Shown one piece after another: positions 25,465-41,300 of a stretch of 64,000 nt of DNA (position 1 is the stretch's first letter; each line of letters starts with the position of its first letter). A program made the translations under genes and the position numbers. The notes under the pieces were generated by a model. That model saw only the letters and a list, made by a program, of their open reading frames with translations, ran no database searches and had not been told where the DNA came from. The DNA is from the human T2T-CHM13v2.0 reference genome, Homo sapiens. Location of the stretch: NCBI RefSeq assembly GCF_009914755.1, contig NC_060940.1. One strand, written 5' to 3'.

Positions 25465-28400
25465 AATCCACTCGATTCCATTTGATGATTATTCCATTGG
25501 AGTCCACTTAGTGAATCCTTCAGATTCTACTCGAAGATGATTCCATTCCAGTCCATTCGATGATACCATTCAATTCCATTCGTTGATGCTTCCATTCAAG
25601 TGCATTCGATGATATCATTCGATTCCATTTGATGATAATTCCATTTGATTCCATGCGATGATTCTATTCGATTCCATTCAATGATAATTCCATTCAGTTC
25701 AGTGATTCCTCTGGACTCCATTTGATGATGATTCCATTCAATGATTCCATTCGATTCTATTCGAAAATGATTCCATTTGAATCCATTTGATGATGATTCC
25801 ATTAGATTCCATTTGATGATTCCATTCGATTCCATGCGACGATGATTCCATTCGATTCCATTTGATGATTCCATTCTATTCTATTCGATGATGATTCCAT
25901 TCGATTCCATTCGATGATGATTGGATTTGATTCCATTTGATGATTTCATTTGATTCCATTCGTTAATGATTTCGATCAATTCCATTCGATGATTCCATTC
26001 GATTCCATTCGATAATGATTACATCCGTGTCCATTCAATGATTCCATTTGAGCCTGTTCGATAATTCCATTTGATTCCAACCAATGATTCCATTCATTTC
26101 CATTCAATGATTCCATTCGAGTCCATTTGATCATTCCGGTAGGGTCCATTCGATGTTGATTCCATTGGAGTGCATTCGATGATTCCATTCGAGTCCATTT
26201 TAGGATTTGATTCGAGTCCTTTCGATGATTCCATTCGATTCCACTCGATGATGATTTCATTCGAGTCCATTCGACACTTCCAATCGATTCCATTTGATGT
26301 TTCCATTCGATTCCAATTGATGATTCCATTCAATTCCATTCGATGATGATTCCGTACGATTCCATTCTGTGATGATTCCATGTGATTGCATTCAATGATG
26401 ATTCCTTTCGATTGCATTCGATTATGATTCATTTCGTGTTCATTCTATGGTTCCACAGGTTTCCATTCGATGATGTTTCCACTCGTGTCCATTCCATTAT
26501 TCCTTTCTATTCCATTTGAAGATGATTCCATTCGATTCCATTCATTGGTGATTCCACTCAATTCCATTCAATGATTCCATTCCATTTCTTTCAACAATGA
26601 TTCCATTAGTTTCTATTCGATGATCCACTTGATTCCATTTGACGATGATTCCATTCGTGTCCATTCGATGATTCCATTTGATTCCATATGATGATGATTC
26701 CATTCGATTCCATACGATGATGATTCCATTCGAGTCCATTCAATGGTGATTCCATTCAATTCCATTCGATGATTCCTTTCGATTCCATTCAATGATGATG
26801 GCATTCGATTCCTTTCGATCATTCCCTTTGATTCCATTCAAAGGTGATTTCATTCAAGTCCATTCGATAATTGCATTCGATTCCATTCTATGATGATTCC
26901 ATTCGAGTCCATTCGATGATTCCATTCGAGTCCATTTAATGATTCCATTGGGTTCAATTCAATGATGATTACATTGGATTCCGTTCTATGATTCCATTCA
27001 ATTCCGTTCATTGACAATTTGATTCCATTCGATGATGATTCCATTTGAGTTCATTCGATGATTCTATTTGATTCTCTTCGATGGTGATTCAATTCTATTA
27101 TATTGGATGATTCCATTCGATTCCATTTGATGTTGATTCAATTCGATTCTATTCGATGATGATTCCATTGGATTTCACTTGATGATTCTATTCGATTCCA
27201 TTCAATGATGATTCACTTCTCGTCCATTGGATGATTCCATTTCATTCCATTCGACGATGATTCCATTCGATTCCATTCGATGATTCCATTTGATTCCATG
27301 CGTCGGTGAGCAATTCGATTCAATTCCATGATGATTCTATTTGATTCAATTAGATGATGTTTCCATTCGAATCCATTCCATGATTATTCCATTGGAATCC
27401 ATTCGGCGATGATTCCATATGAGTCAATTCAATGATGATTCCATATGGGTCCGTTCGATGATAATTCCATTTGATTTCATTCGGTGCTTCTATTCAATTC
27501 CAGTCGATGATGATTCCGTTGGAGTCCATACGATGATTCCATTTGATTTCATTTGATGATGATTCCATTCGATGATGATTACATTGGATTCCATTCTATG
27601 ATTCCATTCAATTCCATTCGTTGATGATTCGATTCCATTCAATGATGATTCCATTTGAGTTCATTCGATGATTCTATTCGATTCCGTTCGATGGTGATTC
27701 AATTCTCTTATATTGGATGAATCCACTCGATTCCATTTGATGATTATTCCATTGGAGTCCACTTAGTGAATCCTTCAGATTCTACTCGAAGATGATTCCA
27801 TTCCAGTCCATTCGATGATACCATTCAATTCCATTCGTTGATGCTTCCATTCAAGTGCATTCGATGATATCATTCGATTCCATTTGATGATAATTCCATT
27901 TGATTCCATGCGATGATTCTATTCGATTCCATTCAATGATAATTCCATTCAGTTCAGTGATTCCTCTGGACTCCATTTGATGATGATTCCATTCAATGAT
28001 TCCATTCGATTCTTTTCGAAAATGATTCCATTTGAATCCATTTGATGATGATTCCATTAGATTCCATTTGATGATTCCATTCGATTCCATGCGACGATGA
28101 TTCCATTCGATTCCATTTGATGATTCCATTCTATTCTATTCGATGATGATTCCATTCGATTCCATTCGATGATGATTGGATTTGATTCCATTTGATGATT
28201 TCATTTGATTCCATTCGTTAATGATTTCGATCAATTCCATTCGATGATTCCATTCGATTCCATTCGATAATGATTACATCCGTGTCCATTCAATGATTCC
28301 ATTTGAGCCTGTTCGATAATTCCATTTGATTCCAACCAATGATTCCATTCATTTCCATTCAATGATTCCATTCGAGTCCATTTGATCATTCCGGTAGGGT

Positions 28401-31400
28401 CCATTCGATGTTGATTCCATTGGAGTGCATTCGATGATTCCATTCGAGTCCATTTTAGGATTTGATTCGAGTCCTTTCGATGATTCCATTCGATTCCACT
28501 CGATGATGATTTCATTCGAGTCCATTCGACACTTCCAATCGATTCCATTTGATGTTTCCATTCGATTCCAATTGATGATTCCATTCAATTCCATTCGATG
28601 ATGATTCCGTACGATTCCATTCTGTGATGATTCCATGTGATTGCATTCAATGATGATTCCTTTCGATTGCATTCGATTATGATTCATTTCGTGTTCATTC
28701 TATGGTTCCACAGGTTTCCATTCGATGATGTTTCCACTCGTGTCCATTCCATTATTCCTTTCTATTCCATTTGAAGATGATTCCATTCGATTCCATTCAT
28801 TGGTGATTCCACTCAATTCCATTCAATGATTCCATTCCATTTCTTTCAACAATGATTCCATTAGTTTCTATTCGATGATCCACTTGATTCCATTTGACGA
28901 TGATTCCATTCGTGTCCATTCGATGATTCCATTTGATTCCATATGATGATGATTCCATTCGATTCCATACGATGATGATTCCATTCGAGTCCATTCAATG
29001 GTGATTCCATTCAATTCCATTCGATGATTCCTTTCGATTCCATTCAATGATGATGGCATTCGATTCCTTTCGATCATTCCCTTTGATTCCATTCAAAGGT
29101 GATTTCATTCAAGTCCATTCGATAATTGCATTCGATTCCATTCTATGATGATTCCATTCGAGTCCATTCGATGATTCCATTCGAGTCCATTTAATGATTC
29201 CATTGGGTTCAATTCAATGATGATTACATTGGATTCCGTTCTATGATTCCATTCAATTCCGTTCATTGACAATTTGATTCCATTCGATGATGATTCCATT
29301 TGAGTTCATTCGATGATTCTATTTGATTCTCTTCGATGGTGATTCAATTCTATTATATTGGATGATTCCATTCGATTCCATTTGATGTTGATTCAATTCG
29401 ATTCTATTCGATGATGATTCCATTGGATTTCACTTGATGATTCTATTCGATTCCATTCAATGATGATTCACTTCTCGTCCATTGGATGATTCCATTTCAT
29501 TCCATTCGACGATGATTCCATTCGATTCCATTCGATGATTCCATTTGATTCCATGCGTCGGTGAGCAATTCGATTCAATTCCATGATGATTCTATTTGAT
29601 TCAATTAGATGATGTTTCCATTCGAATCCATTCCATGATTATTCCATTGGAATCCATTCGGCGATGATTCCATATGAGTCAATTCAATGATGATTCCATA
29701 TGGGTCCGTTCGATGATAATTCCATTTGATTTCATTCGGTGCTTCTATTCAATTCCAGTCGATGATGATTCCGTTGGAGTCCATACGATGATTCCATTTG
29801 ATTTCATTTGATGATGATTCCATTCGATGATGATTACATTGGATTCCATTCTATGATTCCATTCAATTCCATTCGTTGATGATTCGATTCCATTCAATGA
29901 TGATTCCATTTGAGTTCATTCGATGATTCTATTCGATTCCGTTCGATGGTGATTCAATTCTCTTATATTGGATGAATCCACTCGATTCCATTTGATGATT
30001 ATTCCATTGGAGTCCACTTAGTGAATCCTTCAGATTCTACTCGAAGATGATTCCATTCCAGTCCATTCGATGATACCATTCAATTCCATTCGTTGATGCT
30101 TCCATTCAAGTGCATTCGATGATATCATTCGATTCCATTTGATGATAATTCCATTTGATTCCATGCGATGATTCTATTCGATTCCATTCAATGATAATTC
30201 CATTCAGTTCAGTGATTCCTCTGGACTCCATTTGATGATGATTCCATTCAATGATTCCATTCGATTCTATTCGAAAATGATTCCATTTGAATCCATTTGA
30301 TGATGATTCCATTAGATTCCATTTGATGATTCCATTCGATTCCATGCGACGATGATTCCATTCGATTCCATTTGATGATTCCATTCTATTCTATTCGATG
30401 ATGATTCCATTCGATTCCATTCGATGATGATTGGATTTGATTCCATTTGATGATTTCATTTGATTCCATTCGTTAATGATTTCGATCAATTCCATTCGAT
30501 GATTCCATTCGATTCCATTCGATAATGATTACATCCGTGTCCATTCAATGATTCCATTTGAGCCTGTTCGATAATTCCATTTGATTCCAACCAATGATTC
30601 CATTCATTTCCATTCAATGATTCCATTCGAGTCCATTTGATCATTCCGGTAGGGTCCATTCGATGTTGATTCCATTGGAGTGCATTCGATGATTCCATTC
30701 GAGTCCATTTTAGGATTTGATTCGAGTCCTTTCGATGATTCCATTCGATTCCACTCGATGATGATTTCATTCGAGTCCATTCGACACTTCCAATCGATTC
30801 CATTTGATGTTTCCATTCGATTCCAATTGATGATTCCATTCAATTCCATTCGATGATGATTCCGTACGATTCCATTCTGTGATGATTCCATGTGATTGCA
30901 TTCAATGATGATTCCTTTCGATTGCATTCGATTATGATTCATTTCGTGTTCATTCTATGGTTCCACAGGTTTCCATTCGATGATGTTTCCATTCGTGTCC
31001 ATTCCATTATTCCTTTCTATTCCATTTGAAGATGATTCCATTCGATTCCATTCATTGGTGATTCCACTCAATTCCATTCAATGATTCCATTCCATTTCTT
31101 TCAACAATGATTCCATTAGTTTCTATTCGATGATCCACTTGATTCCATTTGACGATGATTCCATTCGTGTCCATTCGATGATTCCATTTGATTCCATATG
31201 ATGATGATTCCATTCGATTCCATACGATGATGATTCCATTCGAGTCCATTCAATGGTGATTCCATTCAATTCCATTCGATGATTCCTTTCGATTCCATTC
31301 AATGATGATGGCATTCGATTCCTTTCGATCATTCCCTTTGATTCCATTCAAAGGTGATTTCATTCAAGTCCATTCGATAATTGCATTCGATTCCATTCTA

Positions 31401-33200
31401 TGATGATTCCATTCGAGTCCATTCGATGATTCCATTCGAGTCCATTTAATGATTCCATTGGGTTCAATTCAATGATGATTACATTGGATTCCGTTCTATG
31501 ATTCCATTCAATTCCGTTCATTGACAATTTGATTCCATTCGATGATGATTCCATTTGAGTTCATTCGATGATTCTATTTGATTCTCTTCGATGGTGATTC
31601 AATTCTATTATATTGGATGATTCCATTCGATTCCATTTGATGTTGATTCAATTCGATTCTATTCGATGATGATTCCATTGGATTTCACTTGATGATTCTA
31701 TTCGATTCCATTCAATGATGATTCACTTCTCGTCCATTGGATGATTCCATTTCATTCCATTCGATGATGATTCCATTCGATTCCATTCGATGATTCCATT
31801 TGATTCCATGCGTCGGTGAGCAATTCGATTCAATTCCATGATGATTCTATTTGATTCAATTAGATGATGTTTCCATTCGAATCCATTCCATGATTATTCC
31901 ATTGGAATCCATTCGGCGATGATTCCATATGAGTCAATTCAATGATGATTCCATATGGGTCCGTTCGATGATAATTCCATTTGATTTCATTCGGTGCTTC
32001 TATTCAATTCCAGTCGATGATGATTCCGTTGGAGTCCATACGATGATTCCATTTGATTTCATTTGATGATGATTCCATTCGATGATGATTACATTGGATT
32101 CCATTCTATGATTCCATTCAATTCCATTCGTTGATGATTCGATTCCATTCAATGATGATTCCATTTGAGTTCATTCGATGATTCTATTCGATTCCGTTCG
32201 ATGGTGATTCAATTCTCTTATATTGGATGAATCCACTCGATTCCATTTGATGATTATTCCATTGGAGTCCACTTAGTGAATCCTTCAGATTCTACTCGAA
32301 GATGATTCCATTCCAGTCCATTCGATGATACCATTCAATTCCATTCGTTGATGCTTCCATTCAAGTGCATTCGATGATATCATTCGATTCCATTTGATGA
32401 TAATTCCATTTGATTCCATGCGATGATTCTATTCGATTCCATTCAATGATAATTCCATTCAGTTCAGTGATTCCTCTGGACTCCATTTGATGATGATTCC
32501 ATTCAATGATTCCATTCGATTCTATTCGAAAATGATTCCATTTGAATCCATTTGATGATGATTCCATTAGATTCCATTTGATGATTCCATTCGATTCCAT
32601 GCGACGATGATTCCATTCGATTCCATTTGATGATTCCATTCTATTCTATTCGATGATGATTCCATTCGATTCCATTCGATGATGATTGGATTTGATTCCA
32701 TTTGATGATTTCATTTGATTCCATTCGTTAATGATTTCGATCAATTCCATTCGATGATTCCATTCGATTCCATTCGATAATGATTACATCCGTGTCCATT
32801 CAATGATTCCATTTGAGCCTGTTCGATAATTCCATTTGATTCCAACCAATGATTCCATTCATTTCCATTCAATGATTCCATTCGAGTCCATTTGATCATT
32901 CCGGTAGGGTCCATTCGATGTTGATTCCATTGGAGTGCATTCGATGATTCCATTCGAGTCCATTTTAGGATTTGATTCGAGTCCTTTCGATGATTCCATT
33001 CGATTCCACTCGATGATGATTTCATTCGAGTCCATTCGACACTTCCAATCGATTCCATTTGATGTTTCCATTCGATTCCAATTGATGATTCCATTCAATT
33101 CCATTCGATGATGATTCCGTACGATTCCATTCTGTGATGATTCCATGTGATTGCATTCAATGATGATTCCTTTCGATTGCATTCGATTATGATTCATTTC
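24635..33200 (+). repeat. Tandem array 1 of the 2,255-bp D repeat (~3.8 copies)
   Basis: ORF anchors 25596, 27851, 30106 and 32361 are spaced exactly 2255. Periodicity starts at 24635, which is the junction at 26890 minus 2255. Confidence 0.93.
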
Positions 33201-36200
33201 GTCTTCATTCTATGGTTCCACAGGTTTCCATTCGTGTCCATTCCATTATTCCATTCTATTCCATTTGATGATGATTCCATTCGATTCCATTCATTGGTGA
33301 TTCCACTCAATTCCATTCAATGATTCCATTCCATTTCTTTCAACAATGATTCCATTAGTTTCTAATCGATGATCCACTTGATTCCATTTGATGACGATTC
33401 CATTCTCGTCCATTCGATGATTCCATTTGATTCCATATGATGATGATTCCATTCGATTCCATACGATGATGATTCCATTCGAGTCCATTCAATGGTGATT
33501 CCATTCAATTCCATTCGATGATTCCTTTTGATTCCATTCGATGATGATGGCATTCGATTCCTTTCAATCATTCCCTTTGATTCCATTCAAAGGTGATTTC
33601 ATTCAAGTCCATTCGATAATTGCATTCGATTCCATTCTATGATGATTCCATTCGAGTCCATTTGATGATTCCATTCAATTCAAGTCAATGATGATTCCAT
33701 TCGATTCCATTCGATGATTCCATTGGATTCCATTCGATGATGATTCCATTCAAATCCATTCGATAATTCAATTCAAGTCCATTCGATGATGATTAAAATC
33801 GAATCCATTCAAAGATTCCATTCAGTTCCATTCGATGATTCCCTTAGATTCCATTCGATGATTCCACTTGATTGCATTTACGATGATTCCATTCGATTCC
33901 ATGTGATGATTCCATTCAATTCTATTCAATGCTGTTTCCATTTGATTCCATTCGACCATGATTGCCTTTGATTCCATTCAATGACTCCATTCGGTTCCTT
34001 TTGATGATGATTCCGTTCGATTCCATTTCATTATTCCATTTGATTCCATTGGATGAGTCCATTCGATTACATTCGATGATTATTCCATTCGAGTGCATTA
34101 GATGATTCCATTCGAGTCCATTCGATGATTCCATTCGATTCCATTCGATGTTGATTCTGTTCAAATCCATTCGATGATTCCACTCGATTCCATTCGATGA
34201 CTCCAGTTGATCCCATTCGATGATTTCCTTTGATTCCCTTTGATGATCATTCCATTTGATTCAATTCGGTGATTTCATTTGATTCCATTCAGTGATGTTT
34301 CCATTCGACTCCATTCGATGATGATTCCATTCGACTCCATTCGATTATGATTTCATTCAATTCCATTCGATAATGATTCCCTTCGAGTCCATTCGATGAT
34401 TCCATTCGATTCCATTCAACGATGATTTGATTCGTGTCCATTCGATGATTCCATTTGATTCCACTTGATGATGATTCCATTCGAGTCCATTTGATGATTC
34501 CATTCAATTCCATTCTCCGATGATTTCTTTTGAGCCCACTCAATGCTTCCACTCGATTCCATATGATGATGACTCCATTCGATGAAATTCGATGATGATT
34601 CCATTCGCTTGCATTCGATGATGATTCCACTTGAGTCCATTAGAAGATTCTATTCAATTACATTCCATGACGATTCCGTTCGAGTCCATTTGATGATTCC
34701 ATTAGACTCCATTCGACGATGATTCCATTCGATGTTATTCGATGATTCCATTCGATCTCATTCGATGATGATTCCATTCAACTCCATTCGATGTTTCCAT
34801 TCGAGTTCATTCTATTATTCCATTAGATTCCATTCGATGATGATTCCATTCGATTCCATTTGATGATTGCATTCTATTTCATTTGATGATGATTCCATTC
34901 GAGTCCACTCAATGATTCCATTCGAGTCCATTTAATGAATCCATTGGTTTCAATTCTATGATGATTACATTGGATTCCATTCGTTGATGATTTCATTCGG
35001 TTCCATTCAATGATGATTCCATTCAATTCCTTTCAATGTTTCCATTCAATTCCATACGATGATGATTCCATTTGATTTGATTCGACAGTGAGCCATTCGA
35101 TTCAATTCCATGATGATTCTATTTGATTCAATTGGTTGACATTTCCATTCGATTCCATTCGATGATGATTCCCTTTGATTCCATTCAAAGATGATTCCAT
35201 TCTAGCCCATTCAATCATTCCATTCGATTCTATTCAATGATGATTCCATTCATGTCGATTTGGTGATTCCATTTGACTTCATTTGATGATGATTCCTTTC
35301 AAGTTCATTAGATGATTCCATTCGATTCCATTTGATGATGATCCCATTCGAGTCCATTCAGTGATTCCACTCGTTTCCATTCCATGATGATTCCATTCCA
35401 TTCCATTTAATGATTCCATTCGATTCCGTTTGATGATGATTTCATTCGAGTCCATTTGATGATTCCATTTGATTCCATTCGATGATGATTCCATTCGAGT
35501 CCATTCGATGATTCTATTCGAATCCATTTGATGATTTCTTTTGATTATAGTTGGTGATGATTCCATTGGAGTCCATTCAATGATTCCATTCTATTCCAAT
35601 CGATGGTGATTCCATTAGAGTCCATTTAATGATTCCATTTGATTCCAGTCTCTGATGATTACATTCGAGTCCATACGATGATTCCACTCAATTCCATATG
35701 ATGATGATTCCATTCGATTCCATTCGATGATTCCATTCTATTCTATTCAATGGTGATTCCATTCGAGTACATTAGATGATTCCATTCGATTCCATTCAAT
35801 GATGATTCTATTTGTGTCCCTTAGATGATTCCACATGATTCCATTAGATGATGATACTATTTGAGCCCATCCAATGATTCCCTTCGATTCCATTCGATGA
35901 GGATTCCATTCGATTCAATTCATTGGTGATTCTATTCAATTCAATTCTTTGATTCCATTCCATTCCATTCGACAATGATTCCATTCGATTTCTTTCGATG
36001 ATTCCACTCGATTCCCCTTGACATTGATTCCCTTCGATTCCATTCAATGATTCCATTTGATTCCAGTGGATGATGATTGCCGTCGATTCCATTCGATCAC
36101 TCCATTCTGTTCCATTTGATGATGATTACATTCGATTCCATTTGATGATTCCATCTGATTCTATTCGAGGATTCCATTTGATTCCATTCGATGATGATTC

Positions 36201-38390
36201 CATTCGAGTCCATTCGATGGTTTCATTCGAGTACATCCAATGATTCCATTCGAGTCCATTTGATGATTCCATTTGATTCCATTTCATAATGATTCTACTA
36301 GAGTCCATTCAATGACTCCATTGGAGTCCATTCAACACTTCCATTCGACTCCATTTGATGATTCCATTCGATTCCATTTGATGATTCCATTCGAGTCCAT
36401 TTAATCATTACAGTCGAGTCCATTTGGTGATTCCACTGGATTTCTTTAGATAATGATACCATTCAATTACATTTGATGATGATCCCATTCAATTTCATTT
36501 GATGATGATTCCATTAGAGTCCATTCGATGATTTCATTCGAGTCCCTTCATTGATTCCATCCGATTTCATTGGATGATGACTCCATTCGAGTCCATTCGA
36601 TGATTCCACTCGATTCCATTAGATGACTCCATTGGAGTCCATTTGATTGTTCCATTCGATTCCATTCGATTCCTTTCGAAGATTATTCCATTTGAGTCCA
36701 TTCGATGATGATTCCATTCCATTCCATTCGATGATTCCGTTTGATTCCATTCGATGAATCCCTTCGATTCCTTTCTTTGATGATTCCATTCCATTCCATT
36801 CAATGATTCCATTCGAATCTATTCCATGATGATTTCTTTCGATTCCATTCGCTGATGTTTCCTTTCAATTCCATTCGATGATGATTCCATTCGATTCCAT
36901 TCATTGAGGATTCCATTTGATTCCATTCAATGATGTTTCCGTTCTATTCCATTCAATGATTGCATTCAATTCCATTCAATGATTATCCCCTTAGAGTAAA
37001 CTCAACGATTCCATTCAATACCATTCGATGATGATTCCTTTTGAGTCCATTCAATGATTTCATTCAAGTCCATTTGATGATTCCTTTCAATTCCATTCTA
37101 TGATGATTCCATTCGAGTCCATTCCATGATTCCATTCGATTGCATTCGATGATTCCATTATATTCCAGTCAACGATGATTCCATTCGAGTCCATTCGATG
37201 ATTCCATTAGAGTACATTTAATGATTGCTTTGTTTTCAATTCGAAGATGATTACATTCGATTCCATTCTATGATACCATTCGATTCCATTCAATGATGAT
37301 TCCACTCAAATCCATTGGATGATTCCATTCGTGTCCATTCGGTGATTTCATTAGATTCCATTCGAGGATGATTCCATTCGATTCCATTCGATGATTCCAT
37401 TCAATTCCATTCGATGATGATTCCATTCCAGTCCATATGATCATTCCATTTGATTTCATTCGATGATGATTCCATTCGATTCCATTCGATGATTCCATTC
37501 TATTCCATTCGATGATGATTCCATTCGAGTCCATTCGATGATTCCATTCGAGTCCATTTAATGATTCCATTGGGTTCAATTCAATGATGATTACATTGGA
37601 TTCCATTCTATGATTCCATTCAATTCCGTTCATTGACAATTTGATTCCATTCGATGATGATTCCATTTGAGTTCATTCGATGATTCTATTCGATTCTCTT
37701 CGATGGTGATTCAATTCTATTATATTGGATGATTCCATTCGATTCCATTTGATGTTGATTCAATTCGATTCTATTCGATGATGATTCCATTGGATTTCAC
37801 TTGATGATTCTATTCGATTCTATTCGATGATGATTCCATTAGATTTCACTTGATGATTCTATTCGATTCCATTCAATGATGATTCACTTCTCGTCCATTG
37901 GATGATTCCATTTCATTCCATTCGATGATGATTCCATTCGATTCCATTCGATGATTCCATTTGATTCCATGCGACGGTGAGCAATTCGATTCAATTCCAT
38001 GATGATTCTATTTGATTCAATTAGATGATGTTTCCATTCGAATCCATTCCACGATTATTCCATTGGAATCCATTTGGCGATGATTCCATATGAGTGAATT
38101 CAATGATGATTCCATATGGGTCCGTTCGATGATAATTCCATTTGATTTCATTCAATGCTTCTATTCTATTCCAGTCGATGATGATTCCGTTGGAGTCCAT
38201 ACGATGATTCCATTTGATTTCATTTGATGATGATTCCATTCGATGATGATTACATTGGATTCCATTCTATGATACCATTCAATTCCATTCGTTGATGATT
38301 CGATTCCATTCAATGATGATTCCATTTGAGTTCATTCGATGATTCTATTCGATTCCGTTCGATGGTGATTCAATTCTCTTATATTGGATG
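32230..38390 (+). repeat. Chimeric D/C macro-unit (6,161 bp): D-type first ~0.9-1.0 kb, C-type remainder
   Basis: The head has D alleles (tccttcagat, catgcgacg, ttttaggatt). From ~33225 it carries C's 16-bp deletion, and all C ORFs recur at offset 22259 (11032->33291). Confidence 0.88.
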
Positions 38391-41300
38391 ATTCCACTCG
38401 ATTCCATTTGATGATTATTCCATTGGGGTCCAATTAGTGAATCCTTTAGATTCTACTCGAAGATGATTCCATTCGAGTCCATTCAATGATACCATTCAAT
38501 TTCATTCGTTGATGCTTCCATTCAAGTGCATTCGATGATATCATTCGATTCCATTTGATGATAATTCCATTTGATTCCATGCGATGATTCTATTCGATTC
38601 CATTCAATGATAATTCCATTCAATTCAGTGATTCCTCTGGACTCCATTTGATGATTATTCCATTCAATGATTCCATTCGATTCTATTCCAAAATGATTCC
38701 ATTTGAATCCATTTGATGATGATTCCATTAGATTCCATTTGATGATTCCATTCGATTCCATTTGACGATGATTCCATTCGATTCCATTTGATGATTCCAT
38801 TCTATTCTATTCGATTATGATTCCATTCGATTCCATTTGATGATGATTGGATTCGATTCCATTTGATGATTTCATTTGATTCCATTCGTTAATGATTTCG
38901 ATCAACTCCATTCGATGATTCCATTTGATTCCATTCGATAATGATTACATCCGAGTCCATTCGATGATTCCATTTGAGCCCGTTCGATAATTCCATTTGA
39001 GTCCAATCAATGATCCCATTCATTTCCATTCAATGATTCCATTCGAGTCCATTTGATCATTCTGGTAGGGTCCGTTCGATGTTGATTCCATTGGAGTGCA
39101 TTCGATGATTCCATTCGAGTCCATTTTATGATTTGATTCGAGTCCTTTCGATGATTCCATTCGATTCCACTCGATGATGATTTCATTCGAGTCCATTCGA
39201 CACTTCCAATCGATTCCATTTGATGTTTCCATTCGAGTCCAATTGATGATTCCATTCAATTCCATTCGATGATGATTCCGTACGATTCCATTCTGTGATG
39301 ATTCCATGTGATTGCATTCAATGATGATTCCTTTCGATTGCATTCGATTATGATTCATTTCGTGTTCATTCTATGGTTCCACAGGTTTCCATTCGATGAC
39401 GTTTCCGTTCGTGTCCATTCCATTATTCCATTCTATTTCATTTGATGATGATTCCATTCGATTCCATTCATTGGTGATTCCACTCAATTCCATTCAATGA
39501 TTCCATTCCATTTGTTTCAACAATGATTCCCTTAGTTTCTATTCGATGATCCACTTGATTCCATTTGGCGATGATTCCATTCGTGTCCATTCGATGATTC
39601 CATTTGATTCCATATGATGATGATTCCATTCGATTCCATACCATGATGATTCCATTCGAGTCCATTCAATGGTGATTCCATTCAATTCCATTCGATGATT
39701 CCTTCCGATTCCATTCGATGATGATGGCATTCGATTCCTTTCAATCATTCCCTTTGATTCCATTCAAAGGTGATTTCATTCAAGTCCATTCGATAATTGC
39801 ATTCGATTCCATTCTATGATGATTCCATTCGAGTCCATTTGATGATTCCATTCAATTCAAGTCAATGATGATTCCATTCGATTCCACTCGATGATTCCAT
39901 TGGATTCCATTCGATGATGATTCCATTCAAATCCATTCGATAATTCAATTCAAGTCCATTCGATGATGATTCCAATCGAATCCATTCAAAGATTCCATTC
40001 AATTCCATTCGATGATGATTCCCTTAGATTCCATTCGATGATTCCACTTGATTCCATTTACGATGATTCCATTCGATTCCATGTGATGAATCCATTCAAT
40101 TCTATTCAATGATGTTTCCATTTGATTCCATTGGACCATGATTGCCTTTGATTCCATTCAATGATTCCATTCGGTTCCATTTGATGATGATTCCGTTCGA
40201 TTCCATTTCATTATTCCATTTGATTCCATTGGATGAGTCCGTTCGAATACATTCGATGATTATTCCATTCGAGTGCATTAGATGATTGCATTCGAGTCCA
40301 TTCGATGATTCCATTCGATTCCATTCGATGTTGATTCTGTTCAAATCCATTCGATGATTCCACTCGATTCCATTCGATGACTCCATTTGATCCCATTCGA
40401 TGATTTCCTGTGATTCCCTTTGATGATCATTCTATTTGATTCAATTCGGTGATTTCATTTCATTCCATTCAGTGATGTTTCCATTCGACTGTATTCGATG
40501 ATGATTCCATTCGACTCCATTCGATTATGATTTCATTCAATTCCATTCAATAATGATTCCCTTCGAGTCCATTCGATGATTCCATTCGATTCCATTCAAC
40601 GATGATTTGATTCGTTTCCATTCGATGATTCCATTTGATTCCACTTGATGATGATTCCATTCGAGTCCATTTGATGATTCCATTCGAGTCTATTTATGTA
40701 TTATATTCGTGTCCACTTCATGATTCCATTCAATTCCATTTAATGTTGATTCCATTTGATTCCATTTGATGATTCAGTTCGATTCCTTGCAATGATTCCC
40801 TACGATTCCTTTCTATTATGATTCCATTCGATTCCATTCATTGATGATTTCATTCGACTCCATTCGATGATGATTCCTTTCGATTCCATTTGACGATGTT
40901 TCCATTCGAGTCCATTCGATGATGATTCTATTCAATTCTGTTCTATTATGATTCCATTCGATTTCATTCAATGCTTCTATTTGATTCCATTCGATGATGA
41001 TTCCATCTCTTTCCCTTCGATGATTCCATTTGATTCCATTCAGTGATGATTCCATTTGATTCCATCTGATGATGATTTCACTTGATTCCTTTCAATGATG
41101 ATTCAATTCAAGTCCATTCGATGATTCCATTGGAGTCCAAACGATCATTCCGTTCGATTCCATTCAATGGTGATTCCATTCATGTCCATTCGATGAATCC
41201 ATTCAATTCCATTCGATGATGACTCCATTCGAGTACATTCGATGATTCCATTTGATTCCATTTGAAGATGATTCCATTCAATTCCATTCGAAGATGATTC

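Larger units (their letters stand above)
10945..33203 (+). repeat. 22,259-bp tandem duplication, copy 1 (ends approximate, within ~100 bp)
   Basis: Every ORF from 11032 to 32859 has a counterpart exactly 22259 downstream. The only translation difference is at nt 28014 vs 50273. Confidence 0.9.
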
